A DNA stretch of 32,000 nucleotides from Methanothermobacter marburgensis str. Marburg (GTDB taxonomy: Archaea; Methanobacteriota; Methanobacteria; Methanobacteriales; Methanothermobacteraceae), in assembly GCF_000145295.1 (NCBI RefSeq), contig NC_014408.1:660001-692000 (forward strand), read 5' to 3'. The notes under the pieces were generated by a model. That model did not search any database and was not told the DNA's origin. It saw only the letters and a list, made by a program, of their open reading frames with translations. The position numbers and the translations under genes were made by a program. Positions within the stretch are counted from its first letter, which is position 1. Every line of letters starts with the position of its first letter. Positions 9,018 through 17,294 of the stretch are shown piece after piece.

Positions 9018-9084
9018 AGAATTGAGGATACTTACTTATCTACTCTATTTTGTTTTTAAGGGTTATCTAGTCTAAGTAGTTCAA

Positions 9085-10959
9085 TTATTCCATTTTTAAC
9101 TGTTCTAAAATTCTTTTGGCATTGTTGGCAAGTTCTTTCTGGGAGGAAAGTTTTTCTAATCTCCTTATAAGGTCTTCTCTTTCATTTTTATCTAATTTAT
9201 CTACTCTAACGAAATCCTGCAGGTTGAAACGGGGCGTAGTTCTTTTGATGAATTCCACTAATAAGTGGTCGTCTTTCATCAATTCTCTTATGTAGGGGTC
9301 AACTCCATAGGGCTCTATAACGTTCCATAATTCTATGATATTCCCAAATGTATCAGGATAGAATAAACCGTGCAGGTCTGTCTGAGCTAGCCGGTGCAAT
9401 TTCTCAATTAAAAGATTGATAAGTGATTCCAGTTCTTTTTCCCCCAGAACCTGTAATTTTTCCTCTCCTTGAGTTGCAAAAGTATATAGAGCTAGGTAGA
9501 TACTCTGTCCATTTCTTATAGATTTCTTGATGACTTGGAGTCTCCTATCTGTTTCCATTTTTCTTAATAGTTTGAAGATTATCTCACATGAAAGAGAACA
9601 ACATCCATAGAAATCAGGATGGTTAAACTCTATATCTAAAAGGGTGGCTAGTACGTTTACTATATTTTCAGGGGGGATCTCATCAACATGAATATTTAAA
9701 AATTTCAGGTAGAGGAAATTATCCTTAGAAATGATCTTTTTAAGGGCCTTAGAATCCTCTGTGGCTTTAATTAATTGTCTGATTTGATCTGACGATAAAT
9801 TTAGACTTTCATTTATGGAAAGTTTGAAGTATGTATCAAAATTTTCTACGGTACAAATACGCTTTTCTTTTCTAAGTTCATCGTAAGGCCAAGTAATGTT
9901 ATTTAGAAGAGGAAATAATGATTTCAGTATATTTTTTGCGTTGTTATCCGCCTTTTTATAGATTTCCTTCATCTTTTTAGTAGCTTTTTCATAGAGAGGG
10001 TTAAGAGTACCTAGTGATGGATAACTTGTAAAGGACTCTCTATTTTCATATATTTCCTTGTATAGTTTAGGTTCGAATAATTCGAGGATCGTTATATTGG
10101 CCAGGTCCTCTTTGTTTGTTTCTTCTCCAATGGCGTTGAATTTGAATTTTAGAAGATTCATGTACTTTTTAACATTCCTCATATTTTTAAGGTAGGGTAA
10201 TGTATCCTCAATATTGATGTCCTCTTTAAATAGCTCCTTTAATTCTGATTCTAATATCTCCCTTATCTCTTTGGAACCTAATGGTGGTATTTCAAAGGGA
10301 ACGTGAATTATTTTTTCAAGATATTCCTCGCCGTCACCTTCTTGAACCTTTTCAAGGGCTTTTACAACTGTTTTTTTATCAAATGAACTTATGTATACTG
10401 TGTTTGGTAGATCAACAATTTTAATCATCTGGAAAATTTGACGTATTTCTTCTGCTGTTAATCTATCAATATCATCTATGACTATAACTAGTTTTATGTT
10501 GGCATTTTCTACCGATTTGTCAAGGTCATCTTTGATTTTTTCTAGATTTTCTGGAGAAGATTTAGAAGATTTTATGTTATATTTAATATTAAGGCCTAAT
10601 TGAACGCCTATTTGATCTGGAACTAATTTACTAAGATATTTATCTAATTTTTCTTTGATTTCATTGCCAAGATTATTTCTTAATTCTTCAAAAAAATTTA
10701 AAAGAAGAGCTTCTTGTCCTGAGAACAACCAGGGGTTAAATTTGATTATTTTCAGGTTGGTTTTATTGCTTTCTTCTAAGTGTTCTGTAATCATGTTGAT
10801 GATGGATGTCTTGCCAGATCCCCATTCTCCAATAATGCCTAAAACAAGACATGAACTATCTTCATAGGCCAGTATTGAATCTGAAACATATTTTGCAAAT
10901 TCCCGACGTCCTAGTTTATCTTCGGCACTTGTTTTTATGGGTTCATCTGCATGAAACAT
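9085..10959 (-). CDS. KAP-family P-loop NTPase
   Basis: 624 aa. N-terminal DKLGRREFAKYVSDSI is followed by Walker A GIIGEWGSGKTS and Walker B KLVIVIDDIDRL, then a long helical C-terminal region. This order and spacing are characteristic of KAP NTPases. The gene is very AT-rich. Confidence 0.8.
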   Translation of the reverse strand: MFHADEPIKTSAEDKLGRREFAKYVSDSILAYEDSSCLVLGIIGEWGSGKTSIINMITEHLEESNKTNLKIIKFNPWLFSGQEALLLNFFEELRNNLGNEIKEKLDKYLSKLVPDQIGVQLGLNIKYNIKSSKSSPENLEKIKDDLDKSVENANIKLVIVIDDIDRLTAEEIRQIFQMIKIVDLPNTVYISSFDKKTVVKALEKVQEGDGEEYLEKIIHVPFEIPPLGSKEIREILESELKELFKEDINIEDTLPYLKNMRNVKKYMNLLKFKFNAIGEETNKEDLANITILELFEPKLYKEIYENRESFTSYPSLGTLNPLYEKATKKMKEIYKKADNNAKNILKSLFPLLNNITWPYDELRKEKRICTVENFDTYFKLSINESLNLSSDQIRQLIKATEDSKALKKIISKDNFLYLKFLNIHVDEIPPENIVNVLATLLDIEFNHPDFYGCCSLSCEIIFKLLRKMETDRRLQVIKKSIRNGQSIYLALYTFATQGEEKLQVLGEKELESLINLLIEKLHRLAQTDLHGLFYPDTFGNIIELWNVIEPYGVDPYIRELMKDDHLLVEFIKRTTPRFNLQDFVRVDKLDKNEREDLIRRLEKLSSQKELANNAKRILEQLKME

Positions 10960-11098
10960 GATTACACCATTTAAGTGAATATATAATTATTCATTCAAAC
11001 ACTCAAAATCTTTTACCGCGCGTGGGGTTCTATCATTTAGAGTCAAAAAGAAAATTTTAAATAAAATTTCCTCAAATCCAAGTGTTTATTCTGACCTG

Positions 11099-11118
11099 CG
11101 TAATAGTTCTCTATTACG
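11099..11118. repeat. Perfect 8-bp stem / 4-nt loop palindrome upstream of mntA
   Basis: CGTAATAG-TTCT-CTATTACG lies 59 bp upstream of the mntA ATG, at the right edge of the AT-rich islet. Confidence 0.4.
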
Positions 11119-11176
11119 AAGTTAATCCCTGGCCGGCACCTTATATATGATGTGATTCAGAATTATCAGTGGAACC

Positions 11177-11605
11177 ATGATGGGCATTGACGACCAGAAA
11201 ATTGAAAAACTTGTGGAACTTCTGGAAAAAAGGGATGAGGTCAGCATTGCATACCTCTTTGGCTCCACTGCAAGGGGGGATAAGGGACCCCTCGGGGACT
11301 TTGACATCGGTGTTCTCCTGAAGGAACCCCTGAAGGGATACGATGACCTCAATTTTCAGCTGGAACTCATAGATGAACTTGTATCCGCACTCCGAACAGA
11401 CAGGGTGGACCTTGTCATAATGAACCGGGCGCCGCTTTCCCTGAGTTACAGCATAATCAGGGATGGAATAGTCCTGAAGGACAGTGAGGAAGAGAGGGTG
11501 AGGTTCGAGGGACGTATCATGTCAGAGTACCTTGATAGAAGGTACCATAACGACAGGCACATCAGACTGGCGCTCAGGATGATGGCACGTGAGGGTTTGA
11601 AGTGA
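11177..11605 (+). CDS. mntA: Minimal nucleotidyltransferase (MNT), type VII TA antitoxin-like
   Basis: 142 aa with the GSTARGDKGPLGDFDIGV motif (GSxxRG..DxD) of the NTP_transf_2 family. Its stop overlaps the start of the next gene (GTGA). Confidence 0.85.
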   Translation: MMGIDDQKIEKLVELLEKRDEVSIAYLFGSTARGDKGPLGDFDIGVLLKEPLKGYDDLNFQLELIDELVSALRTDRVDLVIMNRAPLSLSYSIIRDGIVLKDSEEERVRFEGRIMSEYLDRRYHNDRHIRLALRMMAREGLK

Positions 11606-12024
11606 AGGATGAGGTACTATCAAAACTCGAGAAACTCCAGGAGTACCTGAGGATACTCAGGAATTACAGATCACATTCACTTGAGGACCTTAAAAAGGAC
11701 GTCACCCTCAGGGGGGCAGTTGAAAGGTACCTTGAGGTTTCCATAGAGTGCTGTCTGGATATTGGTGAGATGATCATATCATGGGAGAGGGCGAGAAAAC
11801 CTGAGACATACAGGGAAGTCATAGAGATACTTGGAGAAATAGGGGTTCTTCCAGGGGATTTTGCAGATAAATTTGCACCAGCAGCTGGTTTCAGGAACAT
11901 ACTGGTTCATATGTATGCGGAAATAGATGTTGAGAGGGTTTATCTCTACCTTCAACGGGACCTGGAGGATATAGAGAAGTTTGCTGTATTTGTTGCCAGG
12001 TATCTGGAGGAACTGGCTGATTAA
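11602..12024 (+). CDS. hepT: HEPN/DUF86 toxin-like protein (HepT)
   Basis: 140 aa with the R-x4-H-x-Y motif FRNILVHMY near the C-terminus. It overlaps mntA by 4 nt. Confidence 0.85.
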   Translation: MKDEVLSKLEKLQEYLRILRNYRSHSLEDLKKDVTLRGAVERYLEVSIECCLDIGEMIISWERARKPETYREVIEILGEIGVLPGDFADKFAPAAGFRNILVHMYAEIDVERVYLYLQRDLEDIEKFAVFVARYLEELAD

Positions 12025-12169
12025 GATACCCTTATTCGTTATTCCGAGGATCAGTTAACCTTCTCTTCAAAATTATTTGGCCACATTATATTATCTATTT
12101 CCATCATTTAAAACTTTCAGCTTGTTTTTTTGAAAAAACCTTTAACCAGATCAAACCATATTATATATA

Positions 12170-12186
12170 TGCACATTTAATGTGCA
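12170..12186. promoter_or_regulatory. 17-bp perfect palindrome between the TATA box and RBS of adhesin-like gene A
   Basis: TGCACAT-TTA-ATGTGCA lies immediately downstream of ATTATATATA (about 12160-12169) and 20 bp upstream of ATG 12206. It is absent upstream of paralogue B. Confidence 0.45.
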
Positions 12187-12205
12187 GATAGCAGGAGACA
12201 GGTAA

Positions 12206-14041
12206 ATGATAAAACATCTGTATGTAATAGCTGCCATTGCAGCGCTCCTCATTTTATCAGGAACCGCCTCTGCAGCTGACATCTATGTCAACCCCACAGG
12301 GGGGTCCGATGATAATGATGGGCTCTCATGGGCGGCTGCCAAGGCAACCATTGGAAACGCGACCCTCTCCGCGGCCTCAGGTGACAGGATCTGGCTCGCG
12401 GATGGTGAATACAGGGGTGTGCGGAACAGGAACGTAGTGATAGACAGGAACCTCACCATCACCGGCCAGTCAACCACCGGTACAGTGATTGACTGCGAAT
12501 ACCTGGGCAGGGCCTTCAGCGTCCAGCAGGGTGTCAGTTTCACCCTCAGAAACCTCACAGTGAAGAGGGGAAACGAAAACCATGGTGGAGCCATCCTGAA
12601 CCAGGGTAACCTAACTGTCGAGGGATGCAGGTTCCTTGAGAACATGGGATACAGGGGTGGGGCAATTTACAGCCTCGGTAACATCCATATTACCTCAGCA
12701 ACATTCCATGATAACAGTGCTTCTGAGACTGGCGGTGCTCTTCATGTGGCTGGATATCAGCCCTCAGATTCTGCAGTGGTCATAGACTCATCATTCACAT
12801 CAAACGACGCAAAGTATGGTGGGGCAGTTGCAACAGATTACACCCGTCCCATAAATGTTCTACTGAGGGGAAGCACGTTCTCAGGCAACACAGCATGGTA
12901 CGGCGGCGGATTTCTTGCAGACAATGCCAATGCAACCGTTGAGGGATGCACCTTTGAGGAGAACGTGGCATCAGCACACGGCGGCGCAATCAGGAACAAC
13001 TACGGCAACCTCACAGTTAGAAGAAGCACATTCACAGATAACAGTGCTGGCTTTGCAGGTGGAGGTATAAGCAATGTCCGGGCTGCCCTGGCAAATATCA
13101 CAGAGTCCACGTTCACAGGTAACCTTGCAGAGACCTGGAGTCAGGGATCAGCGGTACTCAGCTACTTTACCATTGCGCTGGTCAACTTCTGCCGCATCCT
13201 GAACAACCCCGGCGCCGATGTATTCTGTGAGGACGGCCCACAGGTGGATGCCAGATTCAACTGGTGGGGGTCCAACACACCGGACTTCACTGAACTCACA
13301 GCAGGTGACGTTGCTGCAACGCCATGGATCGTCCTCACACTGGTTGCAAATCCATCAACCGTTACCGTGGGGGGCACCTCCCTCATAAGGGCGGACCTTC
13401 TCCATGACAGTGCAGGCACACTGCATGCAACAAGTGTACCATACACGGGGGTTGTGGGCTTCGAAACAACCTATGGTACAATCACCGATGCTCTGATGAG
13501 CGGTGGGGTTGCATCCTCAACCGTCAGGAACCTCAATGCACCGGGGGTTGCAGTGGTGTCCGCGGTTCTGGATAACCAGGTGGTTAACACCCAGGTAACT
13601 GTTAGGCCAGCTCCACCAGCGGGCATAACCATCAACCAGCTTGTCGCAGCAGCCGTGAACGTCAGGAACCACTACCTGCGCTACCGTAAACTGCCAGCCT
13701 CTGTCACAATTGCATCAAAGAGGTACTCCATGGCCCAGTTCCTGGATTTACTTGCACGTGCAACTGTGCAGCTCAACTCAGGAAACCAGAACCCGTTAAG
13801 ACCACGTGCTGTTGGTTACGCCGGTAGCACTGGCATCTGGAGGTCAGGTAAACTCTCAAGGCCAGCCTACGTGTCAGTGGCAGTCAGTATCAGGAACTTC
13901 ATAAACAGCCAGGGAAGGGCACCCAGGTATGCCTCAACGGTCTATGGCAGGGTGAGCTTTGCGGGCCTCGTGTACAGATACAGTGAGGTACTGAGGTTCT
14001 ACGGTAACAGGGGGAGGCTTCCAAACTACCTGATAATCTAA
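12206..14041 (+). CDS. Secreted parallel beta-helix (PbH1/Pmp-repeat) adhesin-like protein with a pseudomurein-binding-repeat-like C-terminus
   Basis: 611 aa. Signal peptide MIKHLYVIAAIAALLILSGTASA. Repeated GGAI/GGAL/GGGF coils are spaced by about 22-25 aa (NxGGAIxN type). The C-terminal ~130 aa (VNVRNHYLRYRKLPASVTI..YSMAQFLDLL.. and AVSIRNFINSQGRAPRYA..GLVYRYSEVLRFYGNRGRLPNYL) resemble tandem pseudomurein-binding repeats. Confidence 0.75.
   Translation: MIKHLYVIAAIAALLILSGTASAADIYVNPTGGSDDNDGLSWAAAKATIGNATLSAASGDRIWLADGEYRGVRNRNVVIDRNLTITGQSTTGTVIDCEYLGRAFSVQQGVSFTLRNLTVKRGNENHGGAILNQGNLTVEGCRFLENMGYRGGAIYSLGNIHITSATFHDNSASETGGALHVAGYQPSDSAVVIDSSFTSNDAKYGGAVATDYTRPINVLLRGSTFSGNTAWYGGGFLADNANATVEGCTFEENVASAHGGAIRNNYGNLTVRRSTFTDNSAGFAGGGISNVRAALANITESTFTGNLAETWSQGSAVLSYFTIALVNFCRILNNPGADVFCEDGPQVDARFNWWGSNTPDFTELTAGDVAATPWIVLTLVANPSTVTVGGTSLIRADLLHDSAGTLHATSVPYTGVVGFETTYGTITDALMSGGVASSTVRNLNAPGVAVVSAVLDNQVVNTQVTVRPAPPAGITINQLVAAAVNVRNHYLRYRKLPASVTIASKRYSMAQFLDLLARATVQLNSGNQNPLRPRAVGYAGSTGIWRSGKLSRPAYVSVAVSIRNFINSQGRAPRYASTVYGRVSFAGLVYRYSEVLRFYGNRGRLPNYLII
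12272..12500 (+). repeat. High-identity block 1 shared by adhesin genes A and B
   Basis: Manual alignment with 14260-14488 gives 18 mismatches in about 229 nt (about 92% identity). It covers the start of the mature protein. Confidence 0.8.
12945..13415 (+). repeat. High-identity block 2 shared by adhesin genes A and B
   Basis: It aligns colinearly with about 15170-15640 (offset 2225), from GCACnTTTGAGGAGAACGTGGCATCAGCACACGG through CATGACAGTGC. Most positions are identical by eye. Confidence 0.75.
13661..14041 (+). repeat. High-identity block 3 (cell-wall-binding C-terminus) shared by A and B
   Basis: It aligns with 16435-16815 (offset 2774), from AGGAACCACTA to the stop codon. Most positions are identical by eye. 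Confidence 0.75.
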
Positions 14042-14052
14042 AACCCAACCCC

Positions 14053-14071
14053 TTATTTTTTTACTTTTTTT
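14053..14071 (+). terminator. Oligo-T archaeal terminator after adhesin gene A
   Basis: Two T7 runs at 14056-14062 and 14065-14071 start 15 nt after the stop codon. Confidence 0.5.
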
Positions 14072-14190
14072 GAATCTCCGTAGAGTTCTAACCTTATTTT
14101 CGGTATCACTTAAACATGAACTCCTATTTCATGGGAGTTCAGTGAAAATTTTTTATCCTATAATCATTATATATACTCAAGGGGGTTTAC

Positions 14191-16815
14191 ATGATAAAGA
14201 TAATTACATGGCTCTTTCTGTTTCTTGTGGGGATAATGCTTATCCCGGGATGTGTCAGTGCAGCCGATATCTATGTCAACGCCACGGGGGGGTCCGATGA
14301 TAATGATGGATTCTCATGGGCGGCTGCCAAGGCAACCATTGGAAACGCGACCCTCTCTGCGGCTTCAGGTGACAGGATCTGGCTTGCGGATGGTGAATAC
14401 AGGGGTGTTGGTAACAGGGACGTGCTGATAGACAGGAACCTCACCATCACCGGACAGTCAACCACCGGTACGGTGATTGACTGTGAAGCAATGGGCAGGG
14501 CCTTCAATGTGTCCTCGGGGGCGGTCCTGGTCCTCAGGAACCTCACGCTGAGAAATGGCAGTGCACCTGAGGGTGGGGCGGTGATGAACCACGGTGAACT
14601 CCAGGTGGAGAACTGCATCCTCACCTGCAACACCGCAGCCGGGGGTGGCGCCATCTACAGTGACGGTACAGTGAAACTGACTGAAAGCCACCTCATGGAG
14701 AACAGCGCAGAGGATGGTGGTGCAGTATACAGTAAGGGGGTCCTTGAGGTTACAGAATCAACCTTCAACGGGAATGAGGCCTCAGGGTGCGGGGGGTCCA
14801 TATACAGCGCCCCATACTCATCCCTTAACATCAGGGACTCATCATTTGCACTTGGCCATGCAGGGACTGGTGGCGCGATTTACACTGGAGGAGATACAAC
14901 CATATGCGACTCCACCATTGCAATGAACACCGCAGACAGCCATGGTGGCGGGTTATATGTGTGGGCAGCAGACGGTACGGAAATCACGGTTACTGTGACC
15001 AACTCCATGTTTCTCTACAACAATGCAAGCTATGGTGGGGGAATCTCAGGATTCAGAAACCCTGACGATTCATCACTGAATTTACAGGTTTCAGACTCAC
15101 TCTTCAGGTCAAACCTTGCAGATTACGGTGCCGGTATCCATGCAGAAAATGTTAACACCACAGTATCAGGGTGCACATTTGAGGAGAACGTGGCATCAGC
15201 ACACGGCGGAGGAATCAGGAACAACTACGGCAACCTCACCGTTAGCAGAAGCACATTCACAGATAACAGGGCAGCATACGCTGGTGGCGGTGTAAGTTCT
15301 TTCCTCGCGGTGCTTGCAAATATCACAGAGTCCACGTTCACAGGTAACACTGCAGAGTCATGGGGGCAGGGATCAGCGGTCCTCAGCTACTTCACCATTG
15401 CACTGGTCAACTTCTGCCGCATCCTGAACAACCCTGGCGCCGATGTGTTCTGTGAGGACGGCCCGCAGGTGGATGCCAGGTTCAACTGGTGGGGCTGTAA
15501 CACACCGGACTTCACTGAACTCACAGCAGGTGATGTTGCTGCAGCACCATGGATGGTCCTCACATTAACCGCAAATCCAGCGGCTGTTGCTGCAGGGGGC
15601 ACCTCAGTCATAACAGCCGACCTGAGGCATGACAGTGCCGGGGGATACCATGACACATTCTTCGTCCCCTACACAGGTAATGTGGACTTCTCGGCCACCG
15701 CAGGGAGCATCGATGATGCTGTGATGTCCCATGGAACTGCATCCTCAACACTCACAGGTCTGGCAGCACCGGGTACAGTGACAGTGACCGGGGCCCTTGA
15801 CGCTGAAAGCGCCTCAGTGGATGTGAATGTCCTCAAGGTTCCATCATCCATCACAGTGGAAGACACTGAAACTGTTGAGGGCGACGCATTCAATTTAAGG
15901 GCACGTTTAATGGCACAGAACCCCATCCCAGGTAAGGTCATCATTTTCAGAATAAATGGAGTTCACATGGGAGGTTCAACCACCGGTTCAGATGGATGGG
16001 CAACCCTCAACCTTCCAGGTATATTCCCGCCGGGTATCTACAATGTGACTGCAGAGTTCCAGGGTGATGAACTCCTCAATAACAGTTCATGCCGGGCAGA
16101 CCTCAGGATCCTCAGGAAGGCGGCATTTGAACTCTCAAACCTCACCGTAGTTCCACTCTCAGGGGCAGCCCCCCTCAGGATCAGTGTCTCTGCCAGGGTC
16201 AGGAATACCGGTGAGGCCCCGGGCGAGTACCGTGCAGAGCTCCTTGTGAATTCGGTGCCTGTCGCATCAATGGTGATTTCACTTGCCGCTGGCGAATCAG
16301 GGGATTTGAGGTTCAACCACACCATCACCAGGGATGGTGTGTACCTGGTGACAGTGGGGGGCCTTCCTGCAAGGACGGTTACGGTTAAATCCCAGGGTTT
16401 AACTGTTAAACAGATTGCAGCTGCCGCTCTGAGTGTGAGGAACCACTATGCACGCTACCGTAAACTGCCAGCATCTGTAACAGTGGCCGGTAAGGCTTAC
16501 AGCATGGCCCAGTTCCTGGATTTACTTACACGCGCCACGGCACAGCTCAACTCAGGAAACCAGAATCCACTGAAACCACGCGCTGTTGGTTACCTTGGTA
16601 GCACAGGCACATGGAGGTCAGGTAAACTCTCAAGGTCAGCCTACGTGTCAGTGGCAGTCAGTATCAGGAACTTCATAAACAGCCAGGGAAGGGCACCCAG
16701 GTATGCCTCAACATCCTACGGACAGGTGAGCTTTGTTGGCCTTGTGTACGTATACAGCAGGGTACTGGCGTTCTACGGTGCAAATGGCAGGTTACCGGGT
16801 GATATAACAATTTAA
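14191..16815 (+). CDS. Secreted beta-helix adhesin-like protein, a longer paralogue with extra coils plus Ig-like and CARDB-like inserts and a pseudomurein-binding-like C-terminus
   Basis: 874 aa. Signal peptide MIKIITWLFLFLVGIMLIPGCVSA. It has more GGA[IV]Y coils than A. Residues about 550-740 (nt about 15838-16410) add an Ig-like module (SITVEDTETVEGDAFNLRA..GIYNVTAEFQGD) and a CARDB-like module (LRISVSARVRNTGEAPGEYRAELLVN..GESGDLRFNHTI..GVYLVTVGG). AGGGGG RBS lies upstream. Confidence 0.75.
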   Translation: MIKIITWLFLFLVGIMLIPGCVSAADIYVNATGGSDDNDGFSWAAAKATIGNATLSAASGDRIWLADGEYRGVGNRDVLIDRNLTITGQSTTGTVIDCEAMGRAFNVSSGAVLVLRNLTLRNGSAPEGGAVMNHGELQVENCILTCNTAAGGGAIYSDGTVKLTESHLMENSAEDGGAVYSKGVLEVTESTFNGNEASGCGGSIYSAPYSSLNIRDSSFALGHAGTGGAIYTGGDTTICDSTIAMNTADSHGGGLYVWAADGTEITVTVTNSMFLYNNASYGGGISGFRNPDDSSLNLQVSDSLFRSNLADYGAGIHAENVNTTVSGCTFEENVASAHGGGIRNNYGNLTVSRSTFTDNRAAYAGGGVSSFLAVLANITESTFTGNTAESWGQGSAVLSYFTIALVNFCRILNNPGADVFCEDGPQVDARFNWWGCNTPDFTELTAGDVAAAPWMVLTLTANPAAVAAGGTSVITADLRHDSAGGYHDTFFVPYTGNVDFSATAGSIDDAVMSHGTASSTLTGLAAPGTVTVTGALDAESASVDVNVLKVPSSITVEDTETVEGDAFNLRARLMAQNPIPGKVIIFRINGVHMGGSTTGSDGWATLNLPGIFPPGIYNVTAEFQGDELLNNSSCRADLRILRKAAFELSNLTVVPLSGAAPLRISVSARVRNTGEAPGEYRAELLVNSVPVASMVISLAAGESGDLRFNHTITRDGVYLVTVGGLPARTVTVKSQGLTVKQIAAAALSVRNHYARYRKLPASVTVAGKAYSMAQFLDLLTRATAQLNSGNQNPLKPRAVGYLGSTGTWRSGKLSRSAYVSVAVSIRNFINSQGRAPRYASTSYGQVSFVGLVYVYSRVLAFYGANGRLPGDITI

Positions 16816-16820
16816 AACCC

Positions 16821-16834
16821 TTTATTTATTTTTT
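16821..16834 (+). terminator. Oligo-T terminator after adhesin gene B
   Basis: TTTATTTATTTTTT, with T6 at 16829-16834, lies directly after the stop at 16815. Confidence 0.45.
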
Positions 16835-16853
16835 GTCTTCAATGATAACCTCT

Positions 16854-17294
16854 TCATTTATTCTCAAGGGTCTCAAGGGTTTTCCTGATCTTTTCGGTGA
16901 ATTCATGAAAATCCCTGAGGTGTTCCCTGAGGATCCTGAATGTTATACGGTCATCTATCTTACCATACCTGTGGACCACGATGTTTCTGAATCCCCTCAT
17001 TGCCTTTACTTTCCTGAAGGTTTCCTCGTCTATTATTCCGGCTCCCAGAAGGTTCTCAAGCACATCACCATCTGATCCAGGGACACCGAGTTTCAGGTCG
17101 GAGTTGAGGATGGAACATATGTCAAAGACATTTTCAACAGCAAACTCAAGCCTCCTGTACATCCCATCCCTTACAAGGCCAAGACCCCGGAACTCCTCAA
17201 AGGTTTCAGGAAGGTTATCATCTATAAGATTTACGCTTTCCTCAATCTCACTTATCTTCGTGAGTATGATGGACTTTCTTATCATGATATTCAC
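16854..17294 (-). CDS. hepT: HEPN/DUF86 toxin-like protein (second HepT)
   Basis: 146 aa with the R-x4-H-x-Y motif FRNIVVHRY. It overlaps the upstream MNT gene by 4 nt. It is strongly diverged from the HepT at 11602-12024. Confidence 0.85.
   Translation of the reverse strand: MNIMIRKSIILTKISEIEESVNLIDDNLPETFEEFRGLGLVRDGMYRRLEFAVENVFDICSILNSDLKLGVPGSDGDVLENLLGAGIIDEETFRKVKAMRGFRNIVVHRYGKIDDRITFRILREHLRDFHEFTEKIRKTLETLENK

Larger units (their letters stand above)
7790..11130. other. AT-rich islet, probably horizontally acquired
   Basis: Hand counts of sample 60-nt lines give about 27-37% G+C inside (lines 9601 and 10561) and about 58% just outside (line 12301). It contains three genes (8024-8464, 8550-9017, 9085-10959) with AT-skewed codon choice. 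Confidence 0.6.

Noticed and set aside
7807-11107. Shared 8-mer GTAATAGT at both borders of the AT-rich islet (7807-7814 and 11100-11107), considered as possible att-like direct repeats.
   Set aside because: An 8-nt match in AT-rich DNA is expected by chance. No integrase or tRNA is nearby, and the right-hand copy is part of the local hairpin at 11099-11118.
12283-15656. Long antisense ORFs inside the adhesin genes (12283-12645, 13162-13446, 14271-14654 and 15387-15656 on the minus strand). They occur in similar pairs.
   Set aside because: They lie opposite strongly supported sense genes and have no start context or family features. They resemble each other only because the sense strands share the repeat blocks.
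12206-16815. Diversity-generating retroelement or similar targeted mutagenesis as the cause of variable versus conserved blocks in the adhesin paralogues.
   Set aside because: The window has no reverse transcriptase. The mismatches in block 1 are not adenine-specific (T/C, C/G, A/G and GC/AT all occur). The variable parts also differ by large indels.
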